In this document: positions 1-13,306 of the stretch, piece after piece
Numbering within the stretch: the first letter of the stretch is position 1
How the letters are laid out: each line of letters starts with the position of its first letter
DNA from: Guillardia theta CCMP2712
Lineage: Eukaryota; Protista; Cryptophyta
Length of the DNA stretch: 64,000 nt
Assembly (NCBI RefSeq): GCF_000315625.1
Contig: NW_005434511.1
Coordinates: forward strand, 1-64,000
Direction of reading: 5' to 3'
The notes under the pieces: generated by a model
Told to the model about the DNA's origin: nothing
What the model saw: the letters and a program-made list of their open reading frames with translations, nothing else
The model's database searches: none
Position numbers and translations under genes: made by a program

Positions 1-190
1 AACACCACCCTACCCCTCCCTTTTGACTACACTGACTACCCCTCTTACTGTACATAATACAAGTGACCCCTACTGTGAATTTATGATTTCAAAGTCCACC
101 CCACCCATCTTAGGCTGATTTTCTGCTACCCCACCCCCAACTATCATAGTACTCCCCCCCCCTCTATACCACCCTCCACCGGCCCAAGTC
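1..190. promoter_or_regulatory. C-rich motif island (ACTACCC/ACCCCACCC/TACCCC cluster)
   Basis: Dense non-tandem CCCTACCCC, GACTACCC and CCCCACCCC words with no credible ORF. The same vocabulary recurs in other intergenic regions. A regulatory role is inferred. Confidence 0.4.
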
Positions 191-249
191 AAATTCAGTT
201 TAGGCAGAAAAAAAAGCGATTGTGTAAAATAAAAAAATCATTGAATAGT

Positions 250-1110
250 GCACTGAGTGCCGGCGGGCCCCGGGCCGCCGCCGGCCGGCCGGGCCCCGGC
301 GTGGACGTGGCCACGCATCTTGTTCCGGAGGCACTGCAGCAAGTCTGCGGCGTTACTGGCCGGTCCGACAGCCCGGCGTACAGCGAGAGCCTCGGACCCG
401 GGAGTCGGAGGGTCACGCCGCCGTGGCTGTGACTCAGGCGGCCTGATTAAGATCGCCCACAGCAAACACCGTTTTAACTGAGTTGCGATCCGATCTGCTC
501 CATTCAGCCGTGACCGGCGTCGAAGGGGGGGGGGCTGGCAAATTTCTGATTGCAATTTTTTTTTTTTTGTGCCGGCCCGGCGGCGGCGCACTACCGTAGT
601 ACTACCGTCGTCATCATACGGAGTACGGTATTACGGCCGGGCAGCCGGGCCACTCAGTGGCGGCGGCCCGGCCACCGGATCATCAGTCGGATCCGATCAG
701 CCGGGATCAGCGGCGCGGGGCCACAAGACTGGGGAGTCACGCTAGCCTAGGCTGATGCGACTGGGATAGGACGGTGGTCGGGTGACTGGCCCGTTGGGAC
801 GCAATTCAATGATTAGAGGGGGATGATTGTTTCACGGTGTGACTCGTGTGACAGTCACGGTCACGAGGGCACCCGGTCATCATCCATGAACTTCCGAACC
901 CTGCGGCGTCAGTGGGACCCCTTAGTACCCCTGATTCCATTAATAAAGTACTACGGTACCCCACCCCCAGCACTGAGGCTCAGTCGGCCCTCGTTTCCGC
1001 TGCCTTAACACCATGACGGTCAGTGCGGTCCGTGACCAGCTCGCAACCAGGATGGGACGGTCCCCCTCAGATGATACCACCGGTGGTCCTGGATAGCAAT
1101 GGGCTGATCA
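250..1110. promoter_or_regulatory. GC-palindrome / GTGACT-AGTCAC motif island
   Basis: Blocks of CCGG/GGCC/GGGCCC interspersed with GTGACT, AGTCAC, CACTGAGT and GATC words. The first block is bracketed by an A-rich tract (about 207-237) and a T tract (556-568). ORFs here are low-complexity noise. Confidence 0.35.
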
Positions 1111-1129
1111 CCCGTATAAATGATTGATA

Positions 1130-1620
1130 ACATGAGGGTGGTACAGGGGTAATTTTGTCCTTGTTGGGGTGGTAGGTGAGTCATCGAGTGAATGTACCCG
1201 AAAGAGGGGGTGGGGGTGGTAGATATCCTTTACGACGGCAGCGCGAGACAAAAACTCACCCCGCAATGCATCTCTCAGACTGGTTCGATTGAACCCCTCC
1301 TAAATCCCGATAAATAGGGGGTGGGGTAGAGGTATCACTGCAGCCTTTTTAAAGCTCTGCTGATCATCATCATTACTACCGAATATCGCAACGCTTCAGC
1401 AGTCGATACACTTTTTGACCTACCCCACCCACTACCTACTTACACCCCTCTGTCTACTCATTTTCACCCCCTAGTTTCTCACTACCCTGCCCACAAAGGA
1501 CCCTACCCTAGTTATGCCCTGTCAGCCGCCCTCGAAACGTTTCAATTTCGACTTGAAAAATTCACCCCCAGACCCGCCGCCTCTTTTCTTTCCACGCTCC
1601 GACCCCGCCAGTCCCCTCCT
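1130..1620. promoter_or_regulatory. G-rich then C-rich motif island upstream of an RWP-RK gene
   Basis: GGGGTGGTAG-type words at about 1135-1330 switch to CTACCC/ACCCC words at about 1420-1620. Confidence 0.4.
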
Positions 1621-1650
1621 ACTTCCTTGCTCCCATCATCTCGCTCTAGA

Positions 1651-1895
1651 ACCTGATCCTCTCTTCGTTCACACCTGATCCTCTCTTCGTTCACACCTGA
1701 TCCTCTCTTCGTTCACACCTGATCCTCTCTTCGTTCACACCTGATCCTCTCTTCGTTCACACCTGATCCTCTCTTCGTTCACACCTGATCCTCTCTTCGT
1801 TCACACCTGATCCTCTCTTCGTTCACACCTGATCCTCTCTTCGTTCACACCTGATCCTCTCTTCGTTCACACCTGATCCTCTCTTCGTTCACACC
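1651..1895 (+). repeat. Minisatellite, 22-bp unit ACACCTGATCCTCTCTTCGTTC x about 11
   Basis: Perfect head-to-tail copies with no spacers, ending 54 nt before ATG 1949. Confidence 0.97.
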
Positions 1896-1948
1896 CTCCT
1901 CCACATCTGTACGTCCCAAGAACTTGATTCAGTTTATTCGAAACTTCC

Positions 1949-2503
1949 ATGTCTGCCACGACCCTCCCTTCAGTGACCGTGCATGCTCGTTCGAAGCTCT
2001 ACAGCCACTTCGGCCCGATGGTTGTGCGGGTGGATGAAAGACTCCTTGCCCGGCTGTTTGATCGGAGACAGGAGGATGCTGCTAGAATATTGGTGAGTGC
2101 TCAGCATGGTGAAGGAAAGTGTCTGACGGCTATGCGCCAGGGCATGTCTCTGACGAGCCTCAAGATGGCCTGCAGGCGCCTCGGCATCAAACGATGGCCG
2201 TACAGCCGTTATGAACCACCTTCTGAAGAGATCTTGTCAAACAGCAGCAGCCAGGCTGCAGTATCGCAGCTGAGTGTCCAGCAGGCAGCGAGTCAGCCGG
2301 AGGGTGCAGAGGGTGCGGAGGGTAAAGAGGCTGCGGATGAGGACGAGGGAAAGGAGGAAGCTGCTGAGGGTTCAGAATGGGAGTGTTGCTGTCCTCCACT
2401 CGCTCATATAAGCTCAGGAGATGGGTGGCTCGATTGGTACATGGGGTGCGAAATGATGGAGGAAGATGTAAGCTATCCCATCACGCAGAACATTCCCAAT
2501 TGA
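1949..2503 (+). CDS. RWP-RK domain transcription factor (gene A); intron 2093-2140
   Basis: Removing the 48-nt GTGAGT...CTGAC...CAG intron gives LFDRRQEDAARIL-GMSLTSLKMACRRLGIKRWPYSR, the RWP-RK signature. Confidence 0.9.
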   Translation: MSATTLPSVTVHARSKLYSHFGPMVVRVDERLLARLFDRRQEDAARILVSAQHGEGKCLTAMRQGMSLTSLKMACRRLGIKRWPYSRYEPPSEEILSNSSSQAAVSQLSVQQAASQPEGAEGAEGKEAADEDEGKEEAAEGSEWECCCPPLAHISSGDGWLDWYMGCEMMEEDVSYPITQNIPN

Positions 2504-2999
2504 GCAAGCTGCGCCAACATAGGGTTTAAAGAACAAGGTTCTTTGTTGCTGATGATGATAAGTAGAATGATTGTAAGACCATGGATATGCTGTAAGCCTT
2601 GAAGTGGACATATGTTATAAACTCGTTGAGATTTTCGTGAAAAGGTTGCAGAATCTGAGAAGTGCGCTTGAAGGACATCACTTTTATTTCTCATCCATCT
2701 TTCTTTCACTTCACAAATCATATGCATCATCTCGCTTCCCCTACGCACTTGTTCATGTCTGATCCAGCTGGAGTTCATTCCTACTTCACATCCCTCGTCC
2801 CCTTCCACTCCTTCCTCCTTCTACTCGCCTCCTCCTCCCCCTCCTCCTCCTGCTCCTCCTCCTGCTCCTCCTCCTGCTCGTTCCCCGCCAACTCCTCCCT
2901 CCTCATCCTCATCCTCATCGTCCTCGTCTTCCTCAGAGTTCCACTACCGGAACCACATCGTTGACGTATTGCCCAAGTCTTCCAAGTTCATCATCACAA

Positions 3000-3930
3000 C
3001 AGTACAGCATCGCATGCAATACCAGACATTTTGTGTTTGTTATCAGCATCAACGGATCTTGGTATCAGAGCTCTGCGAAAGCGAGCTGAAGCCTCCGCAG
3101 GAAGGAATCTTATTGAGCAGGAGTGGGCAGCAAGAGTAGCTATGCTCTTCTCTTACAGTCACGAAGGCAGCAAGGGCTCTAAGGGCTACTGGACCTCTGG
3201 AGTAGATACAACCCCTGTTGGGCGACAGAGTGTGCATAGTACTGTCAGAGCTCATACTTCCAAGGAGAGAACACCCCTACTTTCTTCAGCCAAGAGACGG
3301 GTACTCCTGTCTCCTTCTTCGAAGGGTAAAAGGATCATCCTCGTCAGTACCAGGTGGTCTTCTTCTCCATTCGCGTGTGAGCCACGTCTGTTTGTACCAC
3401 ATCAGTGTGTGTTGGTTTGCTTTGTTTGTTGTGTGAGAATAAACAGAGATAGATCTCTTCCTGTCACACTGCTTTCCTCTTAATAGAGAAATTCCAGCGC
3501 AAGTTCTTGTCAAGCTCCGCTGAAGCTCAATCCGGTAAAGCCTCAGGGTGTGACAAGCACGGGTGGTGCCTGCTGTACTGGTACGATTAGCTGAAGCTCG
3601 AGGAGGAGCAAGTACGGGTGGTGCCTGCTGTACTGGTACGATTAGCTGAAGCTCGAGGAGGAGCAAGTACGGGTGGTCACCACTCCTGGTGGTTCCCCTC
3701 GACTATAAAAGGATCGTTAACAGCTGCCGGATCGATAGTGTGTTCGTGTTATCAAATAGATTTATTTGATACATCTGATATCTTCATATCTCTACTCTTC
3801 ACCTTCGTGTGTGATCCAGCGGAGGTGCCTTGATGAGCATTCGCTGTAGACGTCTGCAACCCGTCGTACAGCTTCGGGATGTGACACTTATCCATACCCG
3901 ATATTTGTGTTTATTATCAGCATCGAAGGA
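3000..3930 (+). mobile_element. Possible degenerate LTR-retroelement/TRIM remnant
   Basis: TGGTATCAGAGC (3060-3071) is the canonical initiator-tRNA-Met primer-binding site. About 3020-3056 resembles about 3894-3930 as a degenerate direct repeat. TATAAAAG at about 3704 follows a 55-bp tandem duplication. No gag/pol ORF is present. Confidence 0.4.
3554..3677 (+). repeat. 55-bp tandem duplication (about 2.25 copies)
   Basis: CAAGYACGGGTGGTGCCTGCTGTACTGGTACGATTAGCTGAAGCTCGAGGAGGAG starts at 3554 and 3609, with a partial copy at 3664. Confidence 0.95.
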
Positions 3931-4212
3931 CTGTCTGAGCTGTCCCCATTTGTCATGTACAGTTCCAGCAACCCACCGTAGCCAACAACCTCCTCTCCTC
4001 TCTCTCTCAACCACATCAACTCCCATCACAGCACATCTTGCTCCATCATCATTTCAAACGTTTTCTCACCCTCCCTGACTTCCCTCTATCGTCTCGCCTG
4101 TGAGTTTTCTTTTTCTTCTTCTTCTTCTTCTACATGCGCAGGAGAAGTCGATCAGTTCAAGACTCGAGGAAGGGCATCAGCGAGCAACCAGAGGCATCTC
4201 ATTCGTATTAGG

Positions 4213-5112
4213 TCACGTAAACATCCTATCATCTAGCACTCCCCAACCCTCACTCCCTCCGCTCAGCCCTTCCTTCCCCTCCCCACCCTTCTGACCCTCT
4301 TCATCCTCCTCTGTTCCGCCGCCTCGGATTCGTGGTGCAGCTGGGGCTATCTGAAGTATCGGATAGTCCACGTTCTCCTCCAGCCAGTCTGTCTTCAGGT
4401 ACCACGCAAGCCAGTCCTCGTTGATCTTCTCGCCCGACTCCCTCGGCGTCTGAGAGCTCAGAGAGGGCGACGGGACTTGCCAGCTGGCAGAGGGAGAGGA
4501 CGAAGGAGAGAGCGAGGCGAGCGGTAGGCGAGAGCTGCCAGGGGCAGAAGAAGAACTGACAGAGCTCGACGAGGCCTCAGGCTGTGGCCCATTCTGAGCA
4601 GAGGAGGAGGAGGAGGAGGAGGAGGAGGAGGAGGAGGAGGAGGAGGGCCCCTCGCTCGGCCTCGCTCCGGCTTCCGGCAGCTGGGAGGGCGCCGTGTGGC
4701 GGGGTCCGTAGACGTCAGCGTACCTCGAGTATGGCCAGCGAGAGATGCCAAGGCGGCGACAGGCAAGCTTGAGGCTGGTGAGGGACACGCCCTGTAGAGG
4801 AGAAGGAAGAAAGTCAGTAGGAGAGCGGTAGAGGGCAGGCAGCTGTGTCTCTCGTTCTCAGTTCAGTTGATCTACACTTGTCTCTCAGGCCCATTCTTTG
4901 TGCTCTTCCTCCCTCATCCCCCCCACAACTCTCACACCGATGTCTTCACTCCCTCAGCTCCTCGCATGCCTCACCAGAATCCGAGCTGCGTTGTCCTGAC
5001 GGAGGTGGAACAGGCTTGTGACGGCATTGGTGTCCAGGTTGACAGGGAGCAGAGGATTGCGAGGGGCGTTGTTTCGAGGACGGGGACGGACGGTGGTAGC
5101 ACGGAGGGACAT
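4213..5112 (-). CDS. RWP-RK domain transcription factor (gene B); intron 4792-4974
   Basis: The spliced frame reads MSLRATT...LFHLRQDNAARIL-GVSLTSLKLACRRLGISRWPYSR, then a Ser-rich linker and WLAWYL...EENVDYPI. It is a paralog of gene A in convergent orientation. Confidence 0.88.
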
Positions 5113-6309
5113 GGAGTGAGAGGGAAGAGGAGGGGCGGGGGCGGGGAGGAAGCAGCGGGAAGGTATGTGCCTTGCCGTGCTAGAGGCCGAGGAGGAGAAA
5201 AGAGACGCGGGCGGGGGGCGAAACGTTCTCAATCCTGAAGAACGAAACGATGCGTTTTGAGTAGTAAACTTGTCACGAGCACGCCTGTATTGCCAGTGAG
5301 TGAAATTTCAGGTACTGATGTAACAAAAGGCCACAAGAAGTTGTGCCTGCAAGACTCCGAAACGTTGCGTTTGATAGCTCTTGCTGACATACCTAACGAG
5401 GGGGGAACCTTGACACGAGGATGGAAGGCACACACTCGGGGTAACAACCCCACCCCTCCATTTCATTGACAATTTCCAGGACCGGTGGTATACCACTCAC
5501 GAAGAGGCGCACAGTGGAGTATACCTTTCATCGCCCTCATACCGCATAGTCTGTATCTTTGTTCCTCTGTTCCCCATCTAAAAGTAATATTACACTCTCG
5601 TACTCCTTTATTATTAACATGCACACTACTGGCTCAACCTGTACCGTACTAATACAGCAATATCAAGTTGTACCAGGACTGTACAACAAAAATTCTAAAA
5701 GCGATATCACACTGTTATACCGGGCTACTGTGGCAATCAGTAGTATGGATTTTCAGTAGTGTACCAGCCCTCTACTACCACCGGCTTTTTATACTGTACC
5801 AGGAAGGAGGTACTGGTACAAACATACCGAGCTGAGTCACGGCCCGTCCGGTTGCGTTGCGATATAGTCCCATTGAAAGGACCTCTCTTCGGTTCTTCAT
5901 GTCTATCTGCTGCCTTTTGCGCTCTCTACTAATTGCTGGGTAGGTATGACCTTCTGACTTTTTCTGATATCCCGAGGCGAGCTTTATTCGAATAGGGTAA
6001 AGAAATTCGCGCCTTCCGCCTGTTTCGAATGCCTGTTTCACCCTGCCGCAGGAGACTGGAGGACGGGGAGGATGCAGAGTCCTGCGAGGGGAAGAGATGA
6101 TTGATGAGAGGTATTCTTGAGACTAGCACTCTCTTGAAACATATTGTTCCATGACTGGTGTGTTCGAACAAGACATACAATCGAAAATCTTTTACTTCAC
6201 AATCAAAACCCACTTGTCCTTGTGTTCTTCGGGCTATTGAACGCCTCTAATATTCAGGGTTGACACTTTTGTCGGAGCTACAAGATCAGCAGTCAGAGAT
6301 AGAAAAAAA

Positions 6310-7480
6310 TCACCAGCATGCTTTACCTGGGATCAATCGACCCCGTATGATAATTGTCATAAATTTGTATCCCGTTATCATGAACTCCACCTATCAGCAA
6401 CATCATTTTCCCCCACCACCCTCCATCCGGATCCCCTTGATCAATCCCCCAAAACCCTCCCTCCTCCTCCTCCACTTCATACCCATCAGCTCCCCTCTCC
6501 CTCCATTCCCCCGAGCCACCCATCATTTTATCCCGCACGCAGACGCTCCTCCTCCTACCATGATGGGTCCCATCGTGACAGTCCGACCCCATGTTGCAGC
6601 TGATCTTGCCCATGTTGTAGTCCGTCAGCGGCTGCCTCGCGTTCTCCCACACGTTCGCGTCGTAAGTCCGGTCCAGCTGCGCCGCCTGGTTTCCCAGGTC
6701 CCAATCGTCGAAGGGAGCTGGCTCCTGCTGCCTTTGTCAGGACGATGGGTCCAAGTCAAGCCTACGTCACCTGGCCAGGATCCATGATGCTGAGTGAGGT
6801 GGGTCGAGCCCTTGACGCGATGCCTGCCTCCTGCATCGGAGCAAGCTCTCCATGGAACGGCCCGTCGTTGGCCCATCCAGTCTCATACGCCAGATACCTA
6901 GGAGAACGTCACCAAGGCAGGTGATGGAGCGGAGGGGTGCAAACCCGTCCAGAGGGATTCCAGTGGAGCCGCCTATGGCAAATAATGTCAGGCGCTCTCT
7001 GAGAAGACGAGGAAGCAGGTACCGGGATAGTCTCCATCAGGAGGCAGAAACTTCATGGGCGATCCAACCCACAGGGAGTTGGTTGGCACCATCCTCATCC
7101 TCTTGGTGGGGTACTGGTACAGCGCCATGCGGCGAGAGCGGCGAGCGTAATCGGGGAAGACGTAGCTGTTTGCCAACACGTTGGACTCTTGGTGGGAGGG
7201 ATCAAACGCGTTCAGCGCTCCCTGCCCGACGGACGCCGGAGTGACCTGCCAGTCCGGGGTCTCTGGCCCTGCCCCGGGGTATGGAGGCACCCACTGATAC
7301 CCGTCCAGCCAGTCTGAAGTGAGAGCAGCTCTGTGCAAACAAGTCAGGAGGTCAGGCATCAGGCAGCATCCTCTGCTACGAGTGGAGAGATGAAAGCTTG
7401 AAATAGAGCGCAACCATCACTGCAACAAAGGGAACGACACCAGACAACAATGCAGGCACAACAATGCAGGCACAGCAACA
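6310..7480 (-). CDS. Lineage-specific secretory or membrane-anchored protein, at least 6 exons, start uncertain
   Basis: Manual splicing gives a hydrophobic segment (ALLSGVVPFVAVMVALYF), then ...SDWLDGYQWVPPYPG...WVGSPMKFLPPDGDYPG-GSTGIPLDG-YLAYETGWANDGPFHG...-EPAPFDDWDLGNQ...CNMGSDCHDGTHHG-KACW*. The GT-AG introns are phase-consistent. Confidence 0.65.
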
Positions 7481-8251
7481 CTGTCAACACGATCTGCTCA
7501 GGCTAAGACACAGAATATAGAGCTTGCAGCACATCAGCTCACCTGTGAGAGTTTCGAGTCCCATAAACCACCAAGCACGTCAAGCCGGCACATGCCAAAA
7601 CTCCAGCTGCGAGCAGAGCGAGCCTTCGCTCCTTTGCGCTCCACACCTGATGGATCGCTCAGGAATTGAAATTGACACATATCTTCTCGACTTCTCCCAC
7701 TTAGACATCCATAGTACATCATTACTGATCATCTGTACTTTCGTTTTCAACCTCCCCTTCTCTCCTTTCAATCACTTGACCTATCCTGCTCAACTGCTCC
7801 ACCCCTCTTCTCTCCCGCCTTCCTGTCTCATCTTGTCTCCTCCTCATCGCCCATAATCCTCCTTCTCTCCCTTCAACTTGCTCCTCTCCCATTGCGCCCT
7901 CCTTTCCTTCGCTTTTCCTTCCTCTCACATCACCTGCATTGCCGACGACCCTTCGGTCTGAGCGTTATGAACAGTTATCTTTGATGAATTGATCGTTATT
8001 TTCCGTTGGAAACACTGATGAGGCGGGCTGGAGATGACATTCATCCAACACGGGGAAAAATGAGCTGAGGAAACAAAGCAGGAGGGAAGAGGAGAGGAGA
8101 GACGAGAGGAGCGGAGAGGACAGGACAGGACAGGACAGGAGACGAGGCAAGAGGACAGCATAGCAGCGCATAGGAGAGAGAAGGGTTGTGAAGGTGGAAG
8201 CAGTATCCCTGTCATCGTCTCATCGATCCGAGGCAGTAAGTTTGGCGAGAG

Positions 8252-11871
<3,620 letters not shown>

Positions 11872-12751
11872 GTGAATGCTCCTCCTCCCCTTCACTTCCT
11901 TCTCCAGCTTTTGCTTTCTTGCTGTTGCCTTGCTCCTGTTCACATCCTCCCTTCTGCCCTCCCTCCCTCCCTCCCTCCCCTCCCTCCCTCCCTCCCTCCT
12001 CTCCCTCCCTTCCTCCCTCCCTCCCTCCCTCCCTCCCNNNNNNNNNNNNNNNNNNNNNNNNNNNNNNNNNNNNNNNNNNNNNNNNNNNNNNNNNNNNNNN
12101 NNNNNNNNNNNNNNNNNNNNNNNNNNNNNNNNNNNNNNNNNNNNNNNNNNNNNNNNNNNNNNNNNNNNNNNNNNNNNNNNNNNNNNNNNNNNNNNNNNNN
12201 NNNNNNNNNNNNNNNNNNNNNNNNNNNNNNNNNNNNNNNNNNNNNNNNNNNNNNNNNNNNNNNNNNNNNNNNNNNNNNNNNNNNNNNNNNNNNNNNNNNN
12301 NNNNNNNNNNNNNNNNNNNNNNNNNNNNNNNNNNNNNNNNNNNNNNNNNNNNNNNNNNNNNNNNNNNNNNNNNNNNNNNNNNNNNNNNNNNNNNNNNNNN
12401 NNNNNNNNNNNNNNNNNNNNNNNNNNNNNNNNNNNNNNNNNNNNNNNNNNNNNNNNNNNNNNNNNNNNNNNNNNNNNNNNNNNNNNNNNNNNNNNNNNNN
12501 NNNNNNNNNNNNNNNNNNNNNNNNNNNNNNNNNNNNNNNNNNNNNNNNNNNNNNNNNNNNNNNNNNNNNNNNNNNNNNNNNNNNNNNNNNNNNNNNNNNN
12601 NNNNNNNNNNNNNNNNNNNNNNNNNNNNNNNNNNNNNNNNNNNNNNNNNNNNNNNNNNNNNNNNNNNNNNNNNNNNNNNNNNNNNNNNNNNNNNNNNNNN
12701 NNNNNNNNNNNNNNNNCCTCCTCCTCCTCCTCCTCCTCGTTGACTTACTCT

Positions 12752-13211
12752 TCACTCTCCTCTGCTATCTTTCTGAGCGCACGCGCTATTTCCTCCGCTT
12801 CCACTGCCTTCGCCCTCGCGCTGAGAGGACGTCAGTCAAAGTCACGGGAAGAGCAAGAGGAAGTGAAGGACGGCTGGCGGTGGGCCAGGAGGAAAGAAGA
12901 AGGAGGAGAAGATAAGAAGAGAGGATGATGATAATGAGGAGGAGGAGGAGGAGGAGGAGGAGGAGGAGGAGGAGGAGGAGGAGGAGAAGGAGGTGGTGGT
13001 GGAGGAGGCGGAGGAGGAGGAGGAGCACGAGTCCGAGCAAGAGCAAGAGCAAGAGCAAGAGGGCAGGCAGTAGACACAGGAAGGACTTACGTCTCTGCCT
13101 CGGCCTTGAAGAGCTCTGCCTTCCTCTCTGCCTTGTTCAGAGTGTCTTGCAGCTCCTCGAATTCACTCTCAAGCTTCTCGCGATGAGCTGAGGAGAAAGT
13201 CAAGGAAGAGA

Positions 13212-13306
<95 letters not shown>

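Noticed and set aside
1-190. Telomeric repeat
   Set aside because: The CCCTAC-like words are dispersed and irregular, not a tandem telomere array, and they recur internally.
204-572. MITE with A-tract/T-tract terminal inverted repeats
   Set aside because: The complementarity is mostly homopolymer, and there is no TSD or second copy in the window.
1651-1895. 22-bp array as CRISPR
   Set aside because: The units are contiguous with no spacers, no cas genes are present and the context is eukaryotic.
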